Positions 1-9,339 of a stretch of DNA of 64,000 nucleotides are shown here, one piece after another (within the stretch, counting starts at the first letter, position 1; every line of letters starts with the position of its first letter). This DNA comes from an uncultured Planctomycetales bacterium (GTDB taxonomy: Bacteria > Omnitrophota > Gorgyraeia > Zapsychrales > CAYRXT01). Position numbers and translations under genes: made by a program. The stretch spans positions 3,523 to 67,522 of the forward strand of contig CAYRXT010000010.1 in assembly GCA_964428315.1 (NCBI GenBank), in the 5' to 3' direction. The notes under the pieces were generated by a model. It worked only from the letters and a program-made list of their open reading frames with translations, was not told the origin of the DNA and did no database searches.

Positions 1-1
1 G

Positions 2-286
2 ATGGAACAGCGCAACTACAGCGACGTGACCGCCAAGGCCATCGACGACGAAGTGCAGGCCATCGTCAGCAACGCCTACCGCAGGGCCAAGAAGCTCCTG
101 GCCGAAAACAGGGACAAACTCGACACCCTGGCCGGCCGTCTCATGGAGGTGGAGGTGCTCGATGTGAAAGAGGCCCGCAAGATCCTCGGGATACCCGAGC
201 CGGAAAAGCCCGCGCCCCAGAAGGACGCCTCCCCCGAGAAGGTGATTTCTCCCGCTCAGGAACCGCAGCAACCCGAACAGCTTTAA
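2..286 (+). CDS. ftsH: ATP-dependent zinc metalloprotease FtsH, C-terminal fragment (runs off the window start)
   Basis: YSDVTAKAIDDEV...AYRRAKKLL...LDTLAGRLMEVEVL resembles the FtsH C-terminus; followed by folP as is typical. Confidence 0.9.
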   Translation: MEQRNYSDVTAKAIDDEVQAIVSNAYRRAKKLLAENRDKLDTLAGRLMEVEVLDVKEARKILGIPEPEKPAPQKDASPEKVISPAQEPQQPEQL

Positions 287-292
287 ACAGCC

Positions 293-1195
293 ATGCGCGC
301 TGAACGGGGCCATCCGCCGAAACGCAGAATTCTCATCGCCCGCCGGCACAGGATCGCGCTGGGCCGGTCAACCAAAATCATGGGAATCCTCAATGTCACG
401 CCGGATTCCTTCAGCGGCGACGGCCTGCTGCGGGAGGAGGAGGACGTCCGCGCGAAGGTCCTCGACCGGGCCCGGGCCATGGTCCGGGCGGGCGCCCACA
501 TCCTCGACGTCGGCGGAGAGTCCACGCGCCCCGGCGCGCGGATGCTCCCGGTCCGGGAAGAAATGCGCCGCGTCGTTCCGCTGATCCGTCTTCTTGCCGG
601 CCGTATCCGCCGGCCCGTCTCCGTCGACAGTTACAAGCCCGAGGTCGCCGAAGAGGCCCTCAAGGCCGGGGCGTCGATCGTCAACACCATCATGGGCACG
701 CCCGTCGATCCGAGGCTCCTCAAGACGGTCAGGCGCCACAAGGCCGCGGTCGTCCTCATGCACATCCGCGGGACGCCGCGGACCATGCAGAAGGACATCC
801 GTTACACGGACGTCGTCGCCGAAATCATTGAGGAACTCGGAAAATCCATCGAAAAGTGCTTGGAAATCGGAATCACTTCGGATAGAATTGTAATTGACCC
901 CGGCATCGGGTTCGGGAAGACAGCCGGACACAATCTCGAGATCTTGCGCCGCCTGGGTGAGTTCAGTGTCCTCGGCCTGCCGGTCCTGATCGGCCCGTCG
1001 AGAAAATCATTTATCGGGAAGGTCCTGCGCAAACCGCCTCCCGAACGCCTCCCGGGCACCCTCGCCGCCGTCTGCGCGGGAGTCTTGAACGGTGCCGCCA
1101 TCGTACGGGTCCACGATGTCCAAGAGGCCGCCGACGCCGTCAAAATGATCGAGGCCATCCGGCATCCGGGGAGATTTATGGCGGAGAAGGGGTAA
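293..1195 (+). CDS. folP: Dihydropteroate synthase
   Basis: MGILNVTPDSFSGDG, DVGGESTRPG, DPGIGFGK, SRKSFIG, RVHDV motifs. Confidence 0.97.
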   Translation: MRAERGHPPKRRILIARRHRIALGRSTKIMGILNVTPDSFSGDGLLREEEDVRAKVLDRARAMVRAGAHILDVGGESTRPGARMLPVREEMRRVVPLIRLLAGRIRRPVSVDSYKPEVAEEALKAGASIVNTIMGTPVDPRLLKTVRRHKAAVVLMHIRGTPRTMQKDIRYTDVVAEIIEELGKSIEKCLEIGITSDRIVIDPGIGFGKTAGHNLEILRRLGEFSVLGLPVLIGPSRKSFIGKVLRKPPPERLPGTLAAVCAGVLNGAAIVRVHDVQEAADAVKMIEAIRHPGRFMAEKG

Positions 1196-1390
1196 GGGAA
1201 AGCAAGGGGGGATGTCTTCGGGGATACAGCGATTGGCCTTTCGGGTATTGTTCCGCATTTTGAAGCGAAGAAGAATATCAAGAAACTGCCGACATAAATC
1301 CGTAAAGCTTCATTTTGCTTCTGGATTTGTTTACCGCTAGACACTTGCCACTTACTACTAATTACTGCTAACGGAATAATAATCTCTCAA

Positions 1391-2173
1391 ATGATCGAAG
1401 TCGCCTGGCTGACCATAAAACCCATCATCGAAATCATCATCCTCTGGGTCATGTTTTACCACGTCCTGGTCTTTTTCCAGGGGACGCGCGCCTTCCAGGT
1501 CCTCAAAGGACTGTCGTACCTGATCCTGGCCTTTCTGATATCCTCGATCCTAGATTTTCCGACGCTGAACTGGCTTCTGACGAATTTTTTCGCCATCTCG
1601 ATCATCGCGGTCCTGATCATCTTTCAGCAGGAACTCCGCCAGGGGCTCGCCCGCCTGGGGCAGCAGCACCTGTTCAACGTCGGCCTGGAAGAATCCGAGA
1701 TCGTCGCCATCATCGAAGAACTGACAGGGGCCCTGGAGAAGCTTTCCAAAAAAAGGATCGGAGCCCTCATCGCGATCGAGAGGGAAACCGCGCTGAAGAC
1801 GTATATCGAAAGCGGGGTGCCCCTAGACGCCAGGGTTTCCGCCGAGCTGATCCAGACCATCTTCACGCCGCGCACGCCCCTCCACGACGGAGGCGTCATC
1901 ATCCGGGGCGAGCGGGTCGTGGCGGCCTCGTGCCTGTTCCCTTTGTCCGACAACCCGAACTTCAGCAAGCTCATCGGGACCCGGCACCGGGCCGCGCTGG
2001 GCATGACCGAACAGACCGACGCCATCGTCCTCATCGCCTCCGAGGAGACCGGCGAGATCTCGGTGGCCACGGAGGGACGGTTCATCCCCATCATCAACAG
2101 GGAACGCTTTGCCAATATTTTGAAGAATTTCCTGGTCAAACAGCCGCCCGCGGCGCAACCACGACGGACTTGA
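1391..2173 (+). CDS. cdaA: Membrane-anchored diadenylate cyclase CdaA/DacA
   Basis: Three N-terminal TM segments, IIFQQELR, LHDGG and GTRHRAALG DAC motifs. Confidence 0.95.
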   Translation: MIEVAWLTIKPIIEIIILWVMFYHVLVFFQGTRAFQVLKGLSYLILAFLISSILDFPTLNWLLTNFFAISIIAVLIIFQQELRQGLARLGQQHLFNVGLEESEIVAIIEELTGALEKLSKKRIGALIAIERETALKTYIESGVPLDARVSAELIQTIFTPRTPLHDGGVIIRGERVVAASCLFPLSDNPNFSKLIGTRHRAALGMTEQTDAIVLIASEETGEISVATEGRFIPIINRERFANILKNFLVKQPPAAQPRRT

Positions 2174-2177
2174 TGCC

Positions 2178-2291
2178 ATGATCATAAAAAGATGGTTCAC
2201 CCACAACATTACGATCAAAATCATCGCCCTGGGCCTAGCGGTCATCACCTGGATCTACGTCAACTGGGAACTCGCCAGATCACCGGGCTGA
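2178..2291 (+). CDS. 37-aa single-TM peptide resembling the N-terminal anchor of CdaR/YbbR
   Basis: Hand translation MIIKRWFTHNITIKIIALGLAVITWIYVNWELARSPG*; sits in the cdaR position 4 nt after the cdaA stop; NxxxKIIALxLAxxxWxYV pattern. Confidence 0.7.
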   Translation: MIIKRWFTHNITIKIIALGLAVITWIYVNWELARSPG

Positions 2292-2303
2292 ACACGGAAC
2301 ACT

Positions 2304-3017
2304 ATGCCTAAACTCGGCGTCAACATCGACCACGTCGCCACCCTGCGCCAGGCGCGGCGGGGATTCGACCCGGACACGCTCACCGCCGCCCGCATCTGCG
2401 AATCCGCCGGAGCGGACAGCTTGGTCGTCCATCTGCGCGAGGACCGCCGCCATATCCAGGACAGCGACGTGCGCAAACTCCGCGAGAGCCTCACCGTTGG
2501 CATGAACCTGGAGATGTCGATCCAGCCCGGGATCGTGCGCATCGCCTGCCGGGTCAAACCCGACGATGCGACGCTGGTCCCCGAAAAGAGGCAGGAGCTG
2601 ACCACCGAGGGCGGGCTGGATGTCGCCGGGCACCTGTCCCGCGTCAGGAAAACCGTCGGACAGCTCTCCCGGGCCGGGATCCGCGTCAGCCTCTTTATCG
2701 ACCCGGTAAAGAAACAGATACGCGCGGCGAGAGAGAGCGGCGCCGGCGTCATCGAACTGCACACCGGACGCTACGCCGGGGCCAGGACCCCTTCGGCTCT
2801 CCGGCAGCAGCTGTGCAAGATCAACGAGGCGGCCGCCTTCGCCGGGTCCTTGGGATTGACCGTCAACGCCGGACACGGCCTGAATTACGACAACACCAGG
2901 GCGGTAGCCCGCATCCCGGGCATCGAAGAGCTGAACATCGGCCATTCCATCATCGCCCGGGCCGTTTTCGTCGGTCTGGACAAGGCGGTGCGGGACATGC
3001 GCAAACTGGTCCGTTAG
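2304..3017 (+). CDS. pdxJ: Pyridoxine 5'-phosphate synthase
   Basis: LGVNIDHVATLRQAR, HLREDRRHI, LVPEKRQELTTEGGLD, NAGHGL, ELNIGHSII. Confidence 0.97.
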   Translation: MPKLGVNIDHVATLRQARRGFDPDTLTAARICESAGADSLVVHLREDRRHIQDSDVRKLRESLTVGMNLEMSIQPGIVRIACRVKPDDATLVPEKRQELTTEGGLDVAGHLSRVRKTVGQLSRAGIRVSLFIDPVKKQIRAARESGAGVIELHTGRYAGARTPSALRQQLCKINEAAAFAGSLGLTVNAGHGLNYDNTRAVARIPGIEELNIGHSIIARAVFVGLDKAVRDMRKLVR

Positions 3018-3031
3018 GATTTAGCACAGCT

Positions 3032-3415
3032 ATGCCTCAAGAAAAGAAAATCACGGACGCGCCCCCCATACTGGGCCACGGCGTCGATATCATCGAAACC
3101 GGACGCATCGAAAAGGCGATCTCCCGCTGGGGGGACAACCTCCTGGACCACGTCTTCACGCCCGGCGAGATCGAATATGCCCGGAAACACCGTTTTTCCG
3201 CCCAGCATTTCGCCGGACGGTTTGCTGCCAAGGAGGCGGTCCTGAAGGCCTTCGGGGACAACCGGCACCTGAACTGGAAAGACATCGAGATCGTCAACGA
3301 AAAGAACGGCCGGCCCGTGTGCCGGTTCAAAGATAACACTTTCGATAAAAGGATCTTTGTCTCGATCTCCCATACTCCGAATTATGCGGTTGCCAGCGCC
3401 ATTATTACGCCGTAA
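3032..3415 (+). CDS. acpS: Holo-[acyl-carrier-protein] synthase
   Basis: GHGVDII, FAGRFAAKEA, VSISH motifs; start moved to ATG 3032. Confidence 0.95.
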   Translation: MPQEKKITDAPPILGHGVDIIETGRIEKAISRWGDNLLDHVFTPGEIEYARKHRFSAQHFAGRFAAKEAVLKAFGDNRHLNWKDIEIVNEKNGRPVCRFKDNTFDKRIFVSISHTPNYAVASAIITP

Positions 3416-4253
3416 GAAAAACGTCCACAAATACTCATTCGGCCACGCCCTGGTCCTGGCCGGTTCGCGGTCCATGCTCGGGGCCGCGGCCCTGACTTCC
3501 TTGGCCGCGATGCGTTCGGGCGCGGGCATGGTGACCTTGGGCGTCCCCCGGAGCCTCAACCTAGCGGCCCAGAAAAAGATCTCGCCGGTCGTCATCACGC
3601 TGCCTCTGCCGGAAACGGACCGCCAGGGCCTGGCCCTTTCCGCTTTCCGGACCCTGGAAAAACAGCCCGAAAGATGGGACGTGGCCGCCCTGGGACCGGG
3701 CCTCTCGCGCCATCCTTCGACGGTGGAACTCGTGCGCAGACTGATTTCCCGGATGCCGGTGCCGCTGGTCATTGACGCGGACGCGCTATTCGCGGTCGCC
3801 AAAGACCCGGACTGTCTGCTCAAAAGCGGAACCGCGAAAATCCTGACGCCGCACACAGGGGAAATGTCCCGGCTCACGGGCAAGACAAAGGCCGCCATCG
3901 AAAAGGACCGCCGTCGCATCAGCGAACGATTCGCGAAGGAACACCGGTGTGTCCTTGTCCTTAAGGGCCCGCGGACGCTTGTCGCCGCGGAAGGACACAG
4001 GACATTCATCAACCGGACCGGGAACGCCGGCCTGGCCACCGCCGGAAGCGGAGACGTCCTCACGGGCATGATCGCCGCCTTTCTGGCCCAGGGGATACCC
4101 GATTTTACGGCGGCGAAGACCGCGGTCTATCTGCACGGCCTGGCCGCCGACATCGCGGCGCGCCGATCGGTCAAGGCCTCGCTGATCGCGACAGACGTCA
4201 TCGAAAAGATCCCTGCCGCACTCGTTCAGGCCAAACGCCATAATGCCGCGTAA
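3384..4253 (+). CDS. nnrD: ADP-dependent NAD(P)H-hydrate dehydratase
   Basis: HKYSFG, GAGMV, GPGL, IDADAL, TPHTGE, LKG, LATAGSGDVL. Confidence 0.93.
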   Translation: MRLPAPLLRRKKNVHKYSFGHALVLAGSRSMLGAAALTSLAAMRSGAGMVTLGVPRSLNLAAQKKISPVVITLPLPETDRQGLALSAFRTLEKQPERWDVAALGPGLSRHPSTVELVRRLISRMPVPLVIDADALFAVAKDPDCLLKSGTAKILTPHTGEMSRLTGKTKAAIEKDRRRISERFAKEHRCVLVLKGPRTLVAAEGHRTFINRTGNAGLATAGSGDVLTGMIAAFLAQGIPDFTAAKTAVYLHGLAADIAARRSVKASLIATDVIEKIPAALVQAKRHNAA

Positions 4254-6096
4254 TGCCCCCATGGCCCCTTTACCCGCCAAAAACGATCCCTGTCCCTGCA
4301 AAAGCGGAAAGAAATACAAAAAATGCTGTGAAGGCAAGTCTTCCTTAGCGAAATTTATCTCTTTCGCCTCCCCCCGTAAAAGGCAGACCTTTTATTGGCT
4401 CTTCCTGCTGGTGTTTCTTTCCTGCGCGGGATGGGCCACTTATTCCAATAGCCTCTCGGGCGATTTCATGCTCGACGATTATCCCCATATCGTTGACAAC
4501 GAAAATATCCGCGCGTCTTCGTCTTTGATGAACATTCTGACAGATACACGGCGGCCCGTCGTCAAACTGTCCCTGGCCTTGAATTACCGCCTCCATGGAC
4601 TGGACAAAGAAGGCTACCATGTCTTCAATCTTATTGTTCATTGTCTGAACGGTATTGTCCTGTTTTTGCTTCTAACACGGATTCTCGAAATATGTCTCCC
4701 GGCCAAGCCCGCAGCCCAGCGTCTGACGACCGCTTGCGCCGCCAGTCTCCTCTGGCTGGCACACCCGCTGAATACCCAGAGTGTCACATATATTATCCAG
4801 CGCAGTGAATCGCTCATGGGCCTGTTTTATCTGCTGACATTTTTATCGGCTGTCATGAGTTTTCAAACAGGGAAGAGGCGGACATTCTGGGCGCTTGTCT
4901 CGACCTCCTTCTGCTTTCTTGGAACCCTCACAAAAGAGTCCATGGTCACCGCGCCGGCGCTTATTTTACTTTTCGACCGGACTTTTGTGTCGGGATCCTT
5001 CGCCGTGGCGTGGAGGCGCAACCGTTCTCTCTATTGCGGCCTCTTTCTGAGCTGGGCCGTTATGGCTCTTTTATTATTCCTGACTAAGACCGAAGAGCTC
5101 AGGCCGACCGCCGGCTTTACGTCCACAGAGGTCTCCTGGTTCCGGTATCTGATGACGCAACCGAACGTCATTCTGCACTACCTCCGCCTGGCCTTTTATC
5201 CGAGACCGCTGGTCTTTGATTACGCCTGGCCGTTCGCCGAAAACATACGGGAAGTCCTGCTGCCTCTTACGGCTGTCAGTGCTATGATCGCCGCGGCGTC
5301 CATCCTGGTCTGGAAAAGATCGAAGGCGGGGTTTGCGGCGGCGGCCTTTTTTCTCCTGCTGGCCCCGACCTCAAGCATCCTGCCGATCAAGGACGCCCTA
5401 TTCGAATACCGGATGTACCTGCCGCTCATTGCGCTCGCGATCCTGTTTGTCTGTGGCCTTCAATCCCTCCTGGAAGAAATATTTTCCAAAGACATCGTCC
5501 GGCTGAAGCTTTTTTTGATTATCATTATCCTTATCGCCGTTTCTCTGGGCCACGCGACCTTTGAGCGGAACAAGGATTATCACCATAGAGTCCTCATGTG
5601 GAAGGACGTCATCCGCAAACAGCCCGCCAACGCGCGCGCCCACAACAATCTGGGAAAAATCTATTTCGACATGGGAGAAGGCAAAAAGGCGCTTTCGTTT
5701 TATCAGAAGGCCGTCCGGCTGGATCCGGACTACAGCGATGCCTACACCAACATCGGGGTTTATTATTCAAAAGCGGGAAATCCCGCCAAGGCGGAGGGCT
5801 TTTACCGCAGGGCCCTGGGGCTCGATGAGAAGCACGGCGTCGCGCATTACAATCTTGGCACACTCCTTATGGCCGAACAGAAATATCAGGAGGCCGTCGG
5901 ACATTTCCTTCAGGCCCTGAAATACCGCTTCTTCAAACCGGATGTCTATCATAATCTGGCCTTGTGTCTGTACGGGATCGACAAAAGGGGTGAAGCCCTG
6001 TCCGTTCTGAAAATATTAACCCAACGCCATCCGGGATACCGGCCGGGACACAAACTCCTGGACGAAATGCGCCGGATGCCTCCGGCAACGCCGTGA
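4243..6096 (+). CDS. SEC-C motif + TMTC-like multi-TM glycosyltransferase + TPR repeats
   Basis: NDPCPCKSGKKYKKCC; luminal DD loop, RP, HVFNLIVH, HPLNTQSV.YI.QR, KE, EYRMYLP; C-terminal TPRs (AHNNLG, AYTNIG, AHYNLG). Confidence 0.8.
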   Translation: MPRNAPMAPLPAKNDPCPCKSGKKYKKCCEGKSSLAKFISFASPRKRQTFYWLFLLVFLSCAGWATYSNSLSGDFMLDDYPHIVDNENIRASSSLMNILTDTRRPVVKLSLALNYRLHGLDKEGYHVFNLIVHCLNGIVLFLLLTRILEICLPAKPAAQRLTTACAASLLWLAHPLNTQSVTYIIQRSESLMGLFYLLTFLSAVMSFQTGKRRTFWALVSTSFCFLGTLTKESMVTAPALILLFDRTFVSGSFAVAWRRNRSLYCGLFLSWAVMALLLFLTKTEELRPTAGFTSTEVSWFRYLMTQPNVILHYLRLAFYPRPLVFDYAWPFAENIREVLLPLTAVSAMIAAASILVWKRSKAGFAAAAFFLLLAPTSSILPIKDALFEYRMYLPLIALAILFVCGLQSLLEEIFSKDIVRLKLFLIIIILIAVSLGHATFERNKDYHHRVLMWKDVIRKQPANARAHNNLGKIYFDMGEGKKALSFYQKAVRLDPDYSDAYTNIGVYYSKAGNPAKAEGFYRRALGLDEKHGVAHYNLGTLLMAEQKYQEAVGHFLQALKYRFFKPDVYHNLALCLYGIDKRGEALSVLKILTQRHPGYRPGHKLLDEMRRMPPATP

Positions 6097-6124
6097 ATAA
6101 AATTAAATAAAATCGACTGCCGAT

Positions 6125-6153
6125 TTGGCGGCGCCATGCCGTTCTGCTATAAT
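6125..6153 (+). promoter_or_regulatory. sigma70-like promoter for the GT operon
   Basis: TTGGCG-17 bp-TATAAT with extended TG. Confidence 0.55.
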
Positions 6154-6190
6154 ACCTTAAACATAAATCCATGAAAGGCGGGAGACCAAC

Positions 6191-7144
6191 GTGAAACTCA
6201 TCGTCCTGATACCTTGTCTTAACGAAGAGGAACCCCTGCCCCGGACCATCCGGTCCGTCCCCCGGCAGATCAACGGGGCCGACGCGGTGGAGGTCCTGGT
6301 CTTCGACGACGGCAGTACGGACCGGACCGTCGAGGTCGCCCGCGAAAACGGGGCCGACCATGTCGTTCGTTTCACAAAACGCAAGGGGCTGGCCAAGGTC
6401 TTCCATGCCGGGCTGGACGCCTGCCTGCATCACGGCGCGGACGTCATCGTCAACTTCGACGCCGACGGCCAGTACAGGGGTGAGGACATCCCGCGGCTGG
6501 TCGCGCCGATCCTGGAAGGGAAGGCGGACATCGTCATCGGAAACCGGGACATCGAAAACGTCAAGCAGTTTTCTTTTCTCAAAAAACGCCTCCAGCGGAT
6601 CGGCAGCTGGACGGTGAGAAAGCTCGCCGGGTCGGACATCGCCGACGTCACCACCGGATTCAGGGCCTACAGCCGGGAAGCGGCCCTGCGGCTCAACATC
6701 ATTTCCGAATACACCTACACCATCGAGAGCATCATCCAGGCGGCGAACAAGAACCTGGCCGTGGCCAACATCACCGTCAGGACCAACGAGGTCCAGCGGC
6801 CTTCGCGGCTGTTAAAAAGCATCCCGGAATACCTGAAGCGCTCGGTCATCACGATCGTGCGCATCTATGCGATGTTCAATCCCTTAAGGCTGTTCATCAC
6901 CGCCGGGACGCTGTTCACAGCCGCCGGATTTCTCCTCAGCTGCCGGTTCCTGTATTATTACCTGACGGGGGCGGGGGGAGGGAAGGTGCAGTCCCTGATC
7001 CTGGCGGCGGTCCTGCTGATCATCGGGTTCCAGCTCATGGTCATCGGTCTGGTCTCGGACCTCATCTCCGCCAACCGCCGTCTCATCGAGGACTGCCTGC
7101 TGAGGATCAAGCGCACGGAGATGAAGATAAGCGGCAAATCATGA
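6191..7144 (+). CDS. Glycosyltransferase family 2 (polyprenol-phosphate glycosyltransferase-like, two C-terminal TM)
   Basis: IPCLNEE, DDGSTD, FDADGQY, TGFRAY. Confidence 0.9.
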   Translation: MKLIVLIPCLNEEEPLPRTIRSVPRQINGADAVEVLVFDDGSTDRTVEVARENGADHVVRFTKRKGLAKVFHAGLDACLHHGADVIVNFDADGQYRGEDIPRLVAPILEGKADIVIGNRDIENVKQFSFLKKRLQRIGSWTVRKLAGSDIADVTTGFRAYSREAALRLNIISEYTYTIESIIQAANKNLAVANITVRTNEVQRPSRLLKSIPEYLKRSVITIVRIYAMFNPLRLFITAGTLFTAAGFLLSCRFLYYYLTGAGGGKVQSLILAAVLLIIGFQLMVIGLVSDLISANRRLIEDCLLRIKRTEMKISGKS

Positions 7145-7172
7145 CACGAACCCGACGGCCCGCACAGGATCC

Positions 7173-8195
7173 ATGAACATCCTCTTCGACATCAACCACC
7201 CCGCGCACGTCCATTTTTTCAAAAACGCCATCCGTATCTTAAAATCCCGGGGTCACCATGTGGTCATCACCGCCCGGGACAAAGAGGTCACCGTCCAGCT
7301 GCTCAGGCATCTCGGTTTTGAGTTCAAGACACTGAGCAGGATGCGAATAGGGCTCTTGGGCCTGGCCGCGGAACTGCTGACGCGCCAGATCAGGCTTTTC
7401 CCCATTCTCCTCAGGAACAAGATCCAGGTCTGCGTCTCGGTCACCGGCGCGTGCAACGTTCCTGTCGCCAGGCTGCTGGGCATCCCCGCCCTGGTCTTTT
7501 ATGACACGGAACATGCCCGGTTGCAGAACGCGCTCACCATCCCCTTCGCGACGCGTTATTTTACCCCTTATTGCTACGAGGCCCCTGACCGGAAAAACCA
7601 GGTCCGTTACAAGGGCGTCCATGAGCTGGCCTACCTGCATCCACAGTATTTCTCGCCGGACCCGGATATTTTAAAACGGCTGGGCGTCGGAGAATGCGAA
7701 AAATTTGTTGTCCTGCGCTTTGTGGCCTGGGGCGCGAGCCACGACGTCGGGCAAAAGGGGATGTCCCTGGAGTTAAAGCGGGCCCTGATCCGGGAACTGG
7801 CGCCTCACGCGAAAATCTTCATCGTCTCGGAATCGCCCCTGCCGGAGGAATTCGAGCCCTTCCGCTTCGCCCTGCCTCCCGAGCGCGTGCACGACGCCCT
7901 CTATTACGCCGCGTTGTTCATCGGGGAAGGCGCCACCATGGCCTCGGAATGCGCCTGCCTGGGCACACCGGCGATCTACGTCAATACGCTCAAGCTGGGT
8001 TACATTTCCATGGAGGCCCGGCACGGGCTCGTTGTCGATTTGGAGGATGACCGGGCCGTCCTCAAACGGGCAGGAGAGATCATTAAAAACGCGGACAGTG
8101 TTTCCCGCAAAGAAGAGAGAAAAAGGTTTTTGGCCGACCACATCGACGTGTCGCAGTTCATCGTCGATCAGATCCTGAGGTTCAACAAGGCGTAA
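7173..8195 (+). CDS. DUF354 family GT-B-fold protein
   Basis: DINHPAHVHFFK, ITARDK, YDTEHA, ELAYLHP, GATMASECACLGTPAI. Confidence 0.85.
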   Translation: MNILFDINHPAHVHFFKNAIRILKSRGHHVVITARDKEVTVQLLRHLGFEFKTLSRMRIGLLGLAAELLTRQIRLFPILLRNKIQVCVSVTGACNVPVARLLGIPALVFYDTEHARLQNALTIPFATRYFTPYCYEAPDRKNQVRYKGVHELAYLHPQYFSPDPDILKRLGVGECEKFVVLRFVAWGASHDVGQKGMSLELKRALIRELAPHAKIFIVSESPLPEEFEPFRFALPPERVHDALYYAALFIGEGATMASECACLGTPAIYVNTLKLGYISMEARHGLVVDLEDDRAVLKRAGEIIKNADSVSRKEERKRFLADHIDVSQFIVDQILRFNKA

Positions 8196-8199
8196 CAAC

Positions 8200-9303
8200 A
8201 TGCGCATTTTATACGTCCAGTACGGCAATCCCTGGAACCCTTTTTCCCACGGCGGCCTGGCCCATGCCGGCCACCAGATCTGCCGCCGCCTGGCAAAAAG
8301 GCATGACATGGAAATCCTCACCGGCCTGATCCTTCAAAACCGGGAAGCCTTAAAGAGTAAAACAGCCGACAATGTCTTTTACCAGTCCTGCTCTATGAGT
8401 AAGAACAGATATTTGAACCGCCTGGCCTTCTCAAAGAAAAGTCTGAGTCATGATTACGACCCCTTCGATGTGATCGTTGTACCCTGGGACCGTTACGCCC
8501 CCTTCATCAACCTTCATGTTCAAAAGCCCCTGGTTCTGGAAATTCATCAGGATTATTTCAACGCGCCGTCTAAACTCGCGTTGATCGAACCGCTCTGCCG
8601 CCTCCTGTTCCAACGCGTCCTCCGCCGCTACCCGAACGCCGTCGCCGTCTCCGAAACGCTTTTGCATTTTCTCGAAGAAATGCGCCTCCGGCCTAAAAAC
8701 GCCGCCGTCATCTATAACGGGACGGACGACGAATTGTTCATCGAACCGGACGGACCGGTGAATGAAAAACACATTCTTTATCTGGGACAGCTGGACACCC
8801 GCGGCAAGGGCCTGGACATTCTCCTGAAGGCCTACCGGCAGGCTGAGGTGGACACGCCTTTGAAGATCGCCGGGAACGGAAAAGACGGGGCCGCATTAAA
8901 ACGGCTTGCCTCCGAAATGCGCATCGGGCACAAGGTATCCTTCACCGGGTGGGTCTGCGGGAAGGAAAAAATCGACACTATTAAGGAGGCCTTGTTTGTC
9001 TGCCTGCCGTCGAAGACGGAAGGCTGGCCACTGGTCATCAATGAAGCCGCGGCCATGGGCAAACCCGCCGTCGGCTCCCGGGTGGTCGGCATCTCGGAGG
9101 CCATCATCCATGAAAAAACCGGCCTTCTGTTCGAACAGGGGAATACGCAGGACCTCACCCGGGCTATCCGGTTATTATCGACAGATGCCGCGTACCGTCG
9201 CTGGCTTGGAGGGAACGCGAAGGCGCGGGCCAGATCGTTTACCTGGGACAGAAGCGCGCAACAAAGGGAGGCCTATTTTTGTAGCATCCGGCAACCCGGT
9301 TAA
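8200..9303 (+). CDS. Glycosyltransferase family 4
   Basis: KGLDILL, PSKTEGWPLVINEAAAMGKP (EX7E motif). Confidence 0.9.
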   Translation: MRILYVQYGNPWNPFSHGGLAHAGHQICRRLAKRHDMEILTGLILQNREALKSKTADNVFYQSCSMSKNRYLNRLAFSKKSLSHDYDPFDVIVVPWDRYAPFINLHVQKPLVLEIHQDYFNAPSKLALIEPLCRLLFQRVLRRYPNAVAVSETLLHFLEEMRLRPKNAAVIYNGTDDELFIEPDGPVNEKHILYLGQLDTRGKGLDILLKAYRQAEVDTPLKIAGNGKDGAALKRLASEMRIGHKVSFTGWVCGKEKIDTIKEALFVCLPSKTEGWPLVINEAAAMGKPAVGSRVVGISEAIIHEKTGLLFEQGNTQDLTRAIRLLSTDAAYRRWLGGNAKARARSFTWDRSAQQREAYFCSIRQPG

Positions 9304-9339
9304 TCCTCAGCCAGCGATGCCAGGGCCTTCAAGACCGCC

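Noticed and set aside
1196-1390. Possible regulatory RNA upstream of cdaA
   Set aside because: No c-di-AMP riboswitch landmarks or convincing stems found
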